Shown: positions 26,943-44,062, counted from the first letter of the stretch. The stretch is 64,000 bases of DNA from Octopus vulgaris (GCA_951406725.2 OX597819.1:47120001-47184000); one strand, 5' to 3'. The notes: generated by a model not told the origin, from the letters alone. Made by a program: numbers and translations.

Positions 26943-27721
26943 TTGTTCTACTCTGGGCACAAGGCCCGAAATTTTGGGAGATGGGGGCCAGTCGATTAGA
27001 TCAACCCCCAGTATACAACTGGTATTTAGTTTATCGATCCCAAAAGGATGAAAGGCAAAGTCGACCTCGGCGGAATTTGAACTCAGAACGTAGCGGCAGA
27101 CGAAATACCTATTTCTTTACAACCAATAAAGGGCTAAACACAGGGGACAAACAAGGACAGATAAACGGATTAAGTCGATTATATCGACCCCAGTGCGTAA
27201 CTGGTACTTAATTTATCGACTCTGAAAGGATGAAAGGCAAAGTCGACCTCGGCGGAATTTGAACTCAGAACGTAGCGGCAGACGAAATACCTATTTCTTT
27301 ACAACCAATAAAGGGCTAAACACAGGGGACAAACAAGGACAGATAAACGGATTAAGTCGATTATATCGACCCCAGTGCGTAACTGGTACTTAATTTATCG
27401 ACTCTGAAAGGATGAAAGGCAAAGTCGACCTCGGCGGAATTTGAACTCAGAACGTAGCGGCAGATGAAATACTGATTCTTTATTAAAATATATTTCTTTA
27501 CTACCCACAAGGGGCTAAACACAGAGGGGACAAACAAGGACAGACGAACGGATTAAGTCGATTATATCGACCCCAGTGCGTAACTGGTACTTAATTTATC
27601 GACCCCGAAAGGATGAAAGGCAAAGTCGACCTCAGCGGAATTTGAACCCAGAACGTAGCGGCAGACGAAATACAGCCACGCATTTCGCCCGGCGTGCTAA
27701 CGCTTCTGCCAGCTCGCCGCC
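26943..27721 (-). mobile_element. Family C SINE tetramer with 18-bp TSD
   Basis: Structure head-[body+Tx1-like tail]x3-body-tail 2, with a 182-bp period (27108 to 27290). Flanked by ttgcttctgctaaatatt (26925-26942) and ttgcttctactaaatatt (27722-27739). Confidence 0.88.
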
Positions 27722-27745
27722 TTGCTTCTACTAAATATTAATAAG

Positions 27746-27842
<97 letters not shown>

Positions 27843-28060
27843 ACCAAAACACAAACATTTACATATTTTCTATAAGTACAATAGACATACAAGCCATATG
27901 AACCGAGATAAATTCAATATTTATACATTCAAACAATTATCACTCTCCCCTTCTTTCTCTCCTTCTCTCTTTCATTTTCTTTCTCTCATTCGGTATACAT
28001 ATATGCGAGCGTGCGTGTGTTTGCGTGCTCGTGTACGTAAAATATGTACGAAGAGATAGC

Positions 28061-28114
<54 letters not shown>

Positions 28115-28696
28115 TAGGGAGAGAGGAGGGAGAAAAGTGGAATGAGATAATACACGCACATATACATACATGCATGCATACATATATACATACATACATA
28201 CATACATACATACATACATACATACATACATACATACGTACGTACGTACATACATACATACATACATACATACATACATACATACATACATACATACATA
28301 CATACATACATACGTACAAACATACACACACACATATATATACATACACATACATACGTACGTAATACATACATACATACATATACATACATACACACAC
28401 ACATAGATGCACATATATACCTGCATGCATACACACACACATACATACATACATACATACATACATACATACATACATACATACATACATACACATACGT
28501 ACATACATACATGCATGAATACACATACAAAAATATATTTACAGACATACACATACATGCGTAATACATACATACATGTACATACATACACACACACACA
28601 CACATACATACATACATACATACATACATACATACATACATACATTGCAAGTGTTTATCCATAAACATAATTAACAGAACGCATGTAGGTACGTTA

Positions 28697-28751
<55 letters not shown>

Positions 28752-29213
28752 AATAAGTATGCAAGAAAAAGATAAGGATATTTATGTATGTCCGTATGTA
28801 TGCATGTATGTATGCATGTATGTATATATGAATATATGTTTTTATATACATACCCACACACACATACACAAATATACACGCGTATGCATACAGACATTCA
28901 TACAACTCAACGCGTACACGTATGCATGTATGCAAATGTGCAAATGCATTTGCTATACATACATATATATATATATGTGTGTTTGTATATATGTATGTAT
29001 GTGTGTATGTATGTATGTATGTATGTATGTATGTATTTATGTATGCATGTATGCATGTATGTACGTATGCATGTATGTATGTATGAGCATGTATGTATGT
29101 ATACCCACCCACAGACTCGCACACATTTGCATACACACGCATATACACGTGTGCATGTAACACACACACGCACACACATGAATACGGGGCTATATGTATC
29201 AGTTTATATATAA

Positions 29214-29372
<159 letters not shown>

Positions 29373-29850
29373 TATATGCATAACGTGTGTGAGCAGAGCG
29401 TATTAGTTAAAATTACATTTGTGTTATCCATAAATTGATAATTTTGTAAATTGAGAAGATATTAAAACCAAACAAACGAAAATCAATACCAAGCATCGGA
29501 GTGTATCGATAAATGAATGTATGGGAAATATTGGTGAATGAAAGCAATAATGTTTCCATTGGGTGGGTGCGAACAGAACGATGCTGTCTGTTGTTTAAAG
29601 CCATATTCTAAAACGACTTAATGGTAATTGAATAACAAAAATATATTAAACACGCTACACAAACACGAATCGAGGGAAATGTGCATGGAAGAGAGAGAGA
29701 GAGAGGTATAGAGAGAGAGGGGGAGACTGATAGAGAGAAAGATAGATAGAGGTAGAGAGAGAGAGAGGGGGGTGGGGAAATTTTGTCGAGAGTGTGTGTA
29801 TGTTCGCGTGATTGGAATGGAAAGTGTGCTTGTTTATTATGTACGTGTGT

Positions 29851-29877
29851 GAGTATAACCGGTACGTGCTTGCTTGG

Positions 29878-29934
<57 letters not shown>

Positions 29935-30099
29935 GGGTGTGTGTGTGAGTATAACCGGTATGTGCTTGCTTGGATGTGTGTGTGTGTGTGTGTGTGTGTG
30001 TTGGGTGTGTGTGTGAGTATAACCGGTACGTGCTTGCTTGGATGTGTGTGTGTGTGTGTTGGGTGTCTGTGTGAGTATAACCGGTATGTGCTTGCTTGG

Positions 30100-30132
<33 letters not shown>

Positions 30133-30300
30133 GGGTGGGTGTGTGAGTATAACCGGTATGTGCTTGCTTGGATGTGTGTGTATCTGTGTGTGTGTGTGTG
30201 TGTTGGGTGTGTGTGTGAGTATAACCGGTATGTGCTTGCTTGGATGTGTGTGTGTCTCTGTGTGTGTGTGTGTGTTGGGTGGGTGTGTGTGTGTGTGTGT
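29851..30300. repeat. Compound minisatellite: six copies of a 29-bp core separated by variable (GT)n
   Basis: gagtataaccggtaYgtgcttgcttggat at ~29851, 29947, 30015, 30073, 30145 and 30217, each followed by (gt)n-gttgggt-(gt)n. Confidence 0.9.
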
Positions 30301-30588
30301 GAAGGTGGGTGTTATAACTGAAGACATACATAGACATTCAGGTGCAAATATTAGAAATTATTATGAATTTATAAACGTCTGTGCGTTTGTTGCAGACATG
30401 TGTATGTGTGTGTGTGTGTGTGTGCTTGTAGGTATGAATGTGTGCGTGTGTGTGTGTGTGCGTGTGCATGTGCATGGAATATTTATATATACACACACGC
30501 ACGCGCACACTCACACATTCATACATACAAACATGCGCACAGACTCATATATTTATAATACCGTTGCGTGTATGCATTTGAATTCATA

Positions 30589-30642
<54 letters not shown>

Positions 30643-30937
30643 ATATATATATGTACGCATGTGACTACATATATATTAGGTATGCACTATATATATATAT
30701 ATATTAGTATTTATTATATATGGATATATAAATGCTATTATTATTATTATTATTATTATATAAATGCTATTATTTTTATTATTATATATGGATATATAAA
30801 TGCTAATAGATATGCGTAAAATATGTTAGTTCACGTTACATCTACTTAAACGCGCATACGCATACACATACACACACATACACACATGCATACTGAGATG
30901 TAATAGGCAGATAAATAAATACATCGGTCGATCGATC

Positions 30938-31017
<80 letters not shown>

Positions 31018-31157
31018 CGGATATATTGTTATGTGTGTATATATATATACACACATAATCGCGCGCGCACACACACGCACACACATTCACATGCATAGAT
31101 GCAAACAAATGCGTGTATTTATACTTGGTACATATAATTGTATAATTATATACATAT

Positions 31158-31244
<87 letters not shown>

Positions 31245-31430
31245 TAGATATAGATATATATTGAGACAAAGACAGACAGACAGACAGACAGACAGAGACA
31301 GACAGACAGACAGAGACGAACCGATAGAGGCAGAGAGAGATGCACACATATTTTTAAAATATGTAAATTAATTTGTATATTTATATATACGCGTGTGTTT
31401 GTGTACGTGTAACATCTGTATATCGTTTAT

Positions 31431-32166
<736 letters not shown>

Positions 32167-32720
32167 TACATCTTTGAAGAGAGAGGGAGAAGGAGAAAGA
32201 AAGAAAGAAAAACCAAGAGAGAGAGAGATCCAGTGAGTATGTAACTGAGAGAGACAGGTTTATTTATTTATACACTATTTACTATCATTTCTATTATTGT
32301 TTATTATAATAATATTCATACAGTAAAATAACACGCACGTAAAACAATAGTTAAGTTAGTCTAAAATATTTAATGCAGTGAGCTGGTTATGTTTCGCTGA
32401 TGAGGTCATAATAAGACCGAATCTTTTCTGGAATTGTCTTCCGTGATCTAGTTTGATCTTTACTTTTTTTTACTGGCTTCTGTCACTAGACTATGGCCAT
32501 GCTGTGACACTGCCATGAAAGGCTTAATATAATAAATCGACTCCAGTACTTATCTTTTTTAAGACGAATAATTATTCAACCTGTCTCTTTTGCGTGACAG
32601 CCAAATTGCAGGTACGTAAACAAACCAACACAGGTAGTCAAGCGGTAGGTGAACAAACACAAACACAATAGCGCACATATACACACACACACATATATAT
32701 GTATATATGTTGTCTATATA

Positions 32721-32755
<35 letters not shown>

Positions 32756-32840
32756 GTTGTCTATTGACTTTTTATACATGCTAGGCCACTGGTGGTGATA
32801 TTTATAACGAGTATTCGCCACCCTATATACATATATGTAC

Positions 32841-32962
32841 CTTATGAATATGTTCTTAGCATTCTCGAAGTTTCAGCTCGGCATTGTATCTATTCCTATA
32901 CAGTCACCAATAGATACAATGCCGAGCTGAAACTTCGAGAATGCTAAGAACATGTTCATAAG
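32841..32962. repeat. Near-perfect 54-bp-arm hairpin
   Basis: cttatgaatatgttcttagcattctcgaagtttcagctcggcattgtatctatt, a 14-nt loop, then the reverse complement with one mismatch. Confidence 0.9.
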
Positions 32963-33934
32963 TAAATGAAAAATAAAAACCTTTACCTTATTATATATTG
33001 TTATATATATTGTTATATATATATACACATAGGCGCAAGCGTGGCTGTGTGGCAAGAAGCTTGCTTGCCGACCACATTGTCTTTCGTTCTTTCGGGGTCG
33101 ATAAAATAAGTACCAGTTGAGCCCTGGGGTCGATGTAATAGATTAGCCCCCTTCCCCAAAATTTCAGGCCTATTATAAAGTTGTGCTTTTATCTTGAAAC
33201 TAATGCAATGATCATGTTGTTTCCGTACAACTCACTCTCTCTTTCTCTCTCTCTCTCTTTCTCTTTGTCTTTCCTCTCTCACTCCTCTCATTATCTTTTC
33301 TCTCTATCTCTCTTACTACTCTCTCTCTTCCTTTCCCTCTCTCACCCTTTCTCTCCCTCTCTCAAAAAGTATTAATCTCAAGCATTGCAATGTGTACACC
33401 ATAGAACTCGAGCATCGCAGTAGTGCAAACCCACGTGTGAATGCCTTAATGTTTGGTATCATAACTTAGGTGTTGTTATTTAACACCAGGTTAGTAGTGA
33501 TCGAAGGAATCTATTGATTAAAGATACTCCGGGTGTATGCCTGTGGCAACAACAACCATGCAGCCTTTTCCTTTCCGAACATAGTAAGGTATGATTTGGT
33601 TGCTATTTCTAGCAGATTGAATCGCCGCGTAGAGGTTTACTCGTTGTTTTGAACATATATTATTTACTATTGCTGATTAGTCACAGTTTAGTTCTGATTG
33701 AGCAGACCTATGGTCAAAAGCATTCCAACTGTGACCATTCCGTGTATATAATATCATGAAGAATAGTATTACTTTATAAATCCTTTCCTTCTTTAAGATA
33801 GTACAAAGTGATTTGAGAAAGTTTTGGTTGCTATTTCGAACAGTTCGAGCTATCAAAATCCATCCACAAATTCTTTATGGATGAAGTTAGGTACTCGGAA
33901 AATGTGCAGAATAAGATATAAATACACACATACA

Positions 33935-33965
<31 letters not shown>

Positions 33966-33989
33966 CACACACGCGCACACACACACGCG

Positions 33990-34043
<54 letters not shown>

Positions 34044-34424
34044 ACATTCGAATAAGTATATGCGAGAAGCAGAAAATAACTTGGTTCCATCCTCCGTTTG
34101 ACCTAGATGTATCTTCGAACACAGCTATAACTTTTTATTCATCATTAGACACCATTTAACAAGCTGATATAAATACCAAAAGATTTTCAATGTGCAAAAT
34201 GTAACTGTTAGTTGCTCTTGTCTTGAGCATATCGCACACTACATTGGAAAAGAAAAGTATACACCAATGCAATCCTTATCCCAGTATCCACTTGCAACTC
34301 TATCCATTGAGAAGATTCTTCATTTCCCGATAGTAGTTTACAGGGAGATCTCCAATCCACCTGGTGGAATCTCCAGTATACAAGATTTACATCCAATGTC
34401 TTTGTAGGAAGGTTCACTCAACCT

Positions 34425-34477
<53 letters not shown>

Positions 34478-34497
34478 GTAGGAAGGTTCATTCAGCA

Positions 34498-34589
<92 letters not shown>

Positions 34590-34592
<3 letters not shown>

Positions 34593-34772
34593 AGAGTTTA
34601 CGAAAAAAACAAAAGACGAAGACAGGTGGTGTACAAAATAAAACAGATGTATTAGTATAACACTCAGGAATAGAAAAAGTCTTTTACGTTTCGAGCCTAC
34701 GCTCTTCTACAGAAAGGGACACAGAAAAAACAAGTAGAGAAAAAATGTGTATAGTGGCTAACGATCTATCAA
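34590..34772 (-). mobile_element. Penelope-like terminal fragment in (TA)n with minimal hammerhead-like motif
   Basis: The minus strand at ~34681-34716 reads cttt-ctgtaga-a-gagc-gtag-gctc-gaaac-gta-aaag, related to the motif at ~10603-10635. Confidence 0.55.
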
Positions 34773-34858
<86 letters not shown>

Positions 34859-35310
34859 TATATCTAACGAAAATTCAGTTAACAAAGGTGCCTTCCACAT
34901 AAAGAACACATAGATAAGTGCGGTTATCACACAAGTGTTGACCTGAAAATACTTTTTAAATTATATTCGTAGTGTAAGAAAATTTCTTAGCATAAATGAG
35001 AATGCTTTTTTGCTTTCTCACAAGATCCAGTGTGTGTGTGTGTGTGCCTGTATGTGAGTACTTAGGAGACAGTACTTAGTTTAAACGTAAAAACGAAATA
35101 TCTTTGGCTTTTATAAAATAAGACAAAACACACGCTCGCGCGCGTTTCTGTTTGTGTGTGCGCGTGTGTGTGTATATATATATGTGAATAATGCCTCTTA
35201 CAAAACCGGTCCTCTTTTCTTTACAATTTGTCTAAGAGCAAATAGGAGCATACAATAAATAGCTAGATAGACAGATAGATAGATAGATATATAGATAGAT
35301 AGATAGATAT

Positions 35311-35380
<70 letters not shown>

Positions 35381-35458
35381 GGATAGATAAAGGTATCAAT
35401 ACATACATATGTATGCGCGTGCTTCTGCGTGTGTCTACGTGTGTAAGAGTGCTTCTAT

Positions 35459-35528
<70 letters not shown>

Positions 35529-36224
35529 ATGTGTATTTGGTTAATTTTCGTGAGTGTGTATGCAGGAGGATGAAAAACTAAGCGAGCAAGGGATTTTTTG
35601 CGCGCGCGCGCGTGGTGGGGGAGAGGTCGGTATTCGAAGGGGAGGAGGGGATAAATGAAGAAAGTATAAATTGAAGTATTGCTGTAAATTGCTGGCCGTA
35701 GATCAAAACACAGAAGCAAAGGGTCCGTCAGATTTCTCGGAAGAGAAGTGAATTTGAGAAATGTTGATTGAATAAAAGATGTTTTGATGTAGATATGATA
35801 AGTTTGCAAGCGGATACAAGCTGGTTGTGTTTAAACTTTTTATTGTATAATTATTTTATTTTTATACTTCAGTTCCTTTTTTTTTTGTTCTTTTTTTTTT
35901 GTTTTTTTTTTTTTGTTCTTTTGGGTTTTTTTTTGTTTCTTCTTTGTGGTGGTTGTGTTTTTATTTATTTACCTTTTTATTGTCATATGGGCACAGCGCC
36001 AAAATATGCAATTCAACAAAGTCAGATCTAACAGAAGTAATCATAGATGCTTTTTTTTCACTTTGCCTTATTTTTACTAATATTTATATACACACGTACA
36101 AACGCATATACATATATACAGATACGTATACATATATGTAAGTACATGCATATGTATATATATAAATGTATATATATATATATATATGTGTGTATATATA
36201 TATATATGTATGTATGTATGTATG

Positions 36225-36304
<80 letters not shown>

Positions 36305-36921
36305 TTTTCTTTGTAAATAAGCAAAGCAATTTGTTCTAGTTGTAGCCGAACAGTTAGTAAAAACCGTGAAATTGGTCCAAGTTTAACATACCGGAAGATA
36401 GGGCGCTATCAATCCCAGAAAATTAGAGTGTTTTGCGCAGACATAGAGGAATAAACAATAGGTCTATGTTGCGAAAGGAATGTTGCTAATGTCGATGCAA
36501 TCATTCTGTTTCATGTAGAGGTATTAAAATCAAGGAGCAATATTTTTAAGCTTATGTATGTTTGGGTGCAGACGGTTGGGAGGAAGCGAGTGGGAGATGG
36601 GGATGAAAATTGGAGAGAGAGAGAGAGACATAGAGAGAGAGGAAGAGTGAGATCATGTACGATGTTTAATTCACTGTCTCGCAGCAAGTGTTCTTTGGTG
36701 AAATCTTAAAAGTTGCCGACATCGACATCACTTATGTTTACCCACTCCACCCTTCCATATAATCGATATACGTTTTGTGTGTATGTATGTATGTATGTAT
36801 GTATGTATGTTTATATGTATGTATTATGTATGTATGTATGAGTGTATGTATGTATGTATGTATGTATGTATGTATGAGTGTATGTGCGTGTGTGTATATA
36901 TATATATATACACACACACAC

Positions 36922-36958
<37 letters not shown>

Positions 36959-37210
36959 CATATATGCATACACATATACATATATATGCATATACATACA
37001 TATATTCGTACTTAGGTGTGCGCGGTAAACATTATTTTTGTACATGTGTATGCATATATATATATATATATGTGTGTGTATGTGTATATATATAAACACA
37101 CATACTTACATACACATACATATACATACATAAATATACATACACATATGCATATATATATATATGCATCAATACCTATAAATATATACATATAGATGCA
37201 TAAATATCTG

Positions 37211-37247
<37 letters not shown>

Positions 37248-37279
37248 ACTCACACAGACACACATACACACACACACAC

Positions 37280-37367
<88 letters not shown>

Positions 37368-37714
37368 ATATATACATATATATGAGTGAATGTATATATA
37401 TATAGAGAGAGAAAGATGGGGGAATAAGGGGAAGGTTGAGGGTAAAACTGAAGTATGACGTAAAATGAAGTAAAATAGTTATCGACTGAACACTACTTTA
37501 CTTACCGACTTATTTATTTACTTAAACGCAAAGTTGCTCATTTTATAATGGAGGGGAAAATAAATTTGTGTGAAGGTCAGGCCTTTCGCAAGAATGTTAG
37601 TGCAAAATTGTATTTCTTAAACAGTAGGTCGCGTAAAGATTATTTGAAGTCACGGAACTCTCTTTGAAAGTACTCCAATTTGTTTGCGTTGCTTATTAGA
37701 GCATTTTATCTGTG

Positions 37715-37784
<70 letters not shown>

Positions 37785-39094
37785 GTAATGTTTTCGTAAA
37801 TACTTAAAATATACGCGAAAGAAAATTTGTTTATGAAATATAAAAAGCAAGTATGGAAGGAAAACTGAACAAAAACAGAACAAAACTTGGACAGACTACC
37901 CTTGTTCTATTTTTGATCAGTCTTCGTTCCGTAATTGCATTTTTTTTTTCACTGAGATCAACCACATTTAATGATTGTTATATACTGTAAAAACATTTGT
38001 CTCGGTGCAACCGAGCATTTATAAACATTCTTTTTTTCTATAGTTTGATATCAGGACTAATTTTTTACAAGTTTGATGTAATGAACTTTTGATTTTATAA
38101 TAAATTATAACGCGTTTAGTATTGTGCCTCGCGACACTTAACACGGTTTGTCTTACACTCAGGCGTGTATTAACAGTGTAAAAGAGAGAACTGTTTTTGT
38201 TAATGGTGTTAATACTGTCTATTTTAACACCCATGATTTCAAATTCTCGATCTCTGAAATATATTCTGTATAAGCAGTGAGCTGTATCGCAGTGATAATT
38301 TAATTGTGACAAGTGTGTAATTTATTCCTAAGATTAACAAATAATGATACAATTTCCCCAATTTTCCAGAGTAACTATATATTTCACGTAAATTAATTCA
38401 ATAAATGTTAGGTTGTCAGATAAATTCGTTAGATGCTTTTTTTTTTTTTATACTTAGCACTTCGTTGTCATATGTCTGAAAATAGGTAAAAGGAATTTTC
38501 AAATTGCAGAAATGATAAACAAAAATGATAGAAGACGAATGGGCCTACGAAAAAACTGTAAAACCCTATGATAAAAATATTTTCATGTTAATCCAAATAA
38601 CATTATAAAGGATAGAAATAAATAAGGAAAAACAACGAATGAATTTAACTGACAATTAAATATTAAAAAAAGATTTTAGATGTTTTAATTTTTACTTTTA
38701 TTATACAATTTATTATACCTAAAATTTCGCTTTGCTAACTTACGACAGATACTCTTCTGAATTTTTTGTAGTTATTTTAAATTTCCAAGTTTTTACTATA
38801 CTGAATTGAGAACACCTTTCCGTGGATAAATTGTTGAATTTTTTAATAACAACATGGCGGAAAATAATGCGAAAGTAATAACCTGCAAAACGTAGATGCT
38901 GTAATTCCGATCGGAAAGTAAGTGAAGCTGTGGAAGTTTAACAATTTGTACAAAAAGAGAAGAGAGAAGGAGAGAGAGAGAGAGAGAGGAAAGAAAGAAA
39001 CAAACAAACAAACAAACAAACAAACAAAGTACATCGAATCTTTCTTTGCAATATAAATTTACATTTGCACTTTGGTATAAAAATCAGCGTCCAG

Positions 39095-40255
<1,161 letters not shown>

Positions 40256-40472
40256 CAAAATTTATTCTTCGAGTAGTTTCAGATTTAACTTTAGCTTGAA
40301 GTTAAACGATAATTGATTTCATTGTACGAATGCTTGCAACACAGCGGACGTAGCTGAAGGAAGGCACGGGCCATGGACGGATGTTAAAGTGAGCGACGGT
40401 TTAAGACCACCATCCAAGAACTGGAGCAATTCCTCCGACAGGCTTCCTCACAGTTTTCAACAACCAACTATA

Positions 40473-41031
<559 letters not shown>

Positions 41032-41211
41032 TAACCAAATTTCACTGGCAAGGTTTTGGTCGACCTGTAGCTACGGCAAATGATATTTGTGCAAGATGCT
41101 GCGCTGTGGGAATGATCCTGAAACCGTGTAGTAGTGGAACGAAATTGTAGATCATACGACATGTGTCCGTATGTGTTTGTCCTCATCACAACTGTCGAAC
41201 TTCAGTAACAT

Positions 41212-41413
41212 AGGAGTGGCTGTGTGGTAATCAGCTTGCTTACCAACCACATGGTTCCGGGTTCAGTCCCACTGCGTGGAACCTTGGGCAAGTGTCTTCT
41301 ACTATAGCCTCGGGCCGGCCAAAGCCTTGTGAGTGGATTTGGTAGACGGAAACTGAAAGAAGCCGTCGTATATGTATATATGTGTGTGTGTGTGTGTGTG
41401 AAAGAAGCCCGCC

Positions 41414-41476
<63 letters not shown>

Positions 41477-41751
41477 AGTATGTATGTATGTATGTATGTA
41501 TGTATGTATGTATGTATGTACGTATGTATGCATGTATGTATGTGTATATGTTTGTGTGTCTGTGTTTGTCCTCCAACATCGCTTGACAACCGATGCTGGT
41601 GTGTTTACGTCCCCGTAACTTAGCGGTTCGATAAAAGATATCAATAGAATAAGTACTAAGCTTACAAAGAATAAGTCCTGGGGTCGTTTTGCTTGACTAA
41701 ATGCAGTGCTCCAGCATGGCCACAGTCAAATGACTGAAACGAGTAAAAGAG
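41212..41751 (+). mobile_element. SINE family B, full length
   Basis: Near copy of 40473-41031, including the internal (TG)n-gaaagaa-(TA)n-(TATG)n structure. Confidence 0.85.
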
Positions 41752-42321
41752 AATTATGTATTGAATAGTAATATATGCCCCCCACCATTGATTAAGTTGA
41801 CCAAGCATCTGCACCTGTATGTGAAGGCCCGGACAAGGTATTTGAGAAAGATTCGTAGCTGTTGTCTATATATGTAAGCCTCTCCCCTCACAACCGCCGA
41901 TATTTATCAAAAGGAGAAACCTCCGGGTTGGCCCGGTATAACTTGGAACCAGCGTCGTCACAGTCAGAAAGCAAAGAAATAGGTACTGAAAAGCTTCTTA
42001 CCCGTCCCTCTAACAATTCTGTCAGTATTGTTAGAGGGACGGGTGAGAAGATTAACACTTATCAACTCGGAAAGGACGAAGGGCAAAGTTGACCTAGGCA
42101 GGATTTGAACTCAGGACGACAAACACCAGAACAACTACCGCAAGGCGTTCTCTCGAACATTGAAATGACTGCCAATTCGCTGCCAAATGGTTTAGCAGTA
42201 ATAATTTAAATCTAATAATATTGGTTTCAATTTTTGGTACCAGGCCAGCAATTTCTAGGGAGAGGATATAAGTCGATTATTTGAACCCCAGTGCTCATTT
42301 TATCGATCCTTTAAGGATGAA

Positions 42322-42525
42322 AGTCCTTTCTGCTAAAAGCACAAGGCCTGAAATTTAAGGGGAGGGGCGCAGTCGATCACATCGACCCCAGTGCTTCACT
42401 GATACTTAATTTATCGACCCCGAAAGGATGAAAGACAAAAAGTCGACCTCGGCGGAATTTGAACTCAGGACGTAAAATCGGATGAAATGCCGCTATGAAT
42501 GAATTTCGTGCCAGCTCGCCGCCTT
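42322..42525 (-). mobile_element. Family C SINE, tail type 2
   Basis: gcacaaggcctgaaattt...ttatcgaccccgaaaggatgaaag...gccagctcgccgcc. Confidence 0.8.
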
Positions 42526-42871
42526 CGCCTCCCTATGTATAATGGTATTAATTTAAATATAACGAAAGAATGAAGAAATCAATCAGAAGGCTGAAGAATT
42601 ATTTTAAAAAATATTATTCATTATTTCGTCTTTAATTAATCTTTATTGTGAAATGACAAATAAAAAGAAATTAAATTCTAAACGAATGTTCGTTCTATTT
42701 GTTCTATGTCATCGATCATATTGCTTTGGTGGTTTCAGTCATTTTGAATGCGGTCATACTGGGGCAACCCATTTCTGTTATATGCATGTGTGCGAGGGCG
42801 GGTATGTATATGTATATATGTACGTTTAAGATACATACATGCATACATACACACACACGTGTTCGTGTGTG

Positions 42872-42925
<54 letters not shown>

Positions 42926-42928
<3 letters not shown>

Positions 42929-43270
42929 TAAGTAGCCTGCTTACCAGCCTCATAGTCCGGGTTCAGTCCCACTTCGGCAAGTGTCTTCTACTATAGCCTC
43001 GGGCCGACCAAAGCCTTGTGAATGGGTTTGGTGGATCCAAATTCAAAGAAGCTCGTTGTATACATACATACATACATACATACATATGTGTCTTCGTGTC
43101 TATATTGCTCTCTAATTGTTTGACAAACTGGTTTTCATCCCCCGTAAAAGAGCGGTTCGACAAACAGATGTCACTTGAATAATTACCAAGCTTAAAGTAT
43201 TTGATCGACTAAACACTTCGAGGTGATACCCTAGCATGGCCTTGCAACCCGCGATTAAAATAAGCAAGAA
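42926..43270 (+). mobile_element. SINE family B, diverged
   Basis: tagtaagtagcctgcttacc..ggttcagtcccac..ggcaagtgtcttctactatagcctcgggccgaccaaagcc. Confidence 0.7.
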
Positions 43271-43859
43271 GTTCAAAACGTACTTTTGAAGCAAGCAATA
43301 GTTTTGTTTTGTAATTTTTTTTTCTCTCTATCATTTCTTTAAGATTTTAAGTTAGAATATTCCCATGCATCGCAAGGCAGTATTTTTTTTTTTTTTTTTT
43401 TTCAATTTAATTCCCTGTGTGCTACGCATGATGTCAAAAAAAAACTGGGAACCTCAAGCATTAAAGAGGTCTCTCTCTTTGGCTCGTAAGACAAACGAAG
43501 ACTACGCTGCTTGTAACAATTAAGTGACTTTCCCAGCTGCAGTTGCAAACAAACGTTGTTTTATTATATCAAGATGTGAAGCTCTTATTGTTGGTTGATT
43601 GTTCACCTGGAGATTGAGACAACAACTGCTAGCTTCTGTTGTTACACAAGAACAATGTAGAACAATATGGAACAATAGAGAACAACTGTCAGTGGGAAAT
43701 GACTTGCATTGCTTGAATCATGTTATGTTTCAGAAGCTAAGTACTAATACATATGTATGTCCCTTGGTGACACGCTCATTCGTACTGTCTTTCTTCCTTT
43801 CTCTTTCGCTCCATCTGTTCATACATATATTTATGTGTGTATACATATATATATTTGTA

Positions 43860-43908
<49 letters not shown>

Positions 43909-44020
43909 ATGCTTACATGCATACGTGCGTACGTACGTATCTAGAGAATAAACAGAAAGAAATATATACGCGTCATACATGCATTCATATATACTTTTGT
44001 GCACATGGTGTGCATATGTG

Positions 44021-44061
<41 letters not shown>

Positions 44062-44062
44062 G

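Noticed and set aside
27940-29175. 411-aa ORF and many similar YI/CV/HT/LSIY/MYVC-repeat ORFs
   Set aside because: These are translations of (TA)n, (CA)n, (TATG)n and (GATA)n tracts that lack stops by construction; no domain content.
29851-30300. CRISPR-like array
   Set aside because: The spacers are (GT)n microsatellite rather than unique sequence, there are no cas genes, and the context is eukaryotic.
36435-36475. Possible miRNA hairpin (cagacataga...tctatgttg)
   Set aside because: The stem is too short and imperfect, and no mature miRNA is recognisable.
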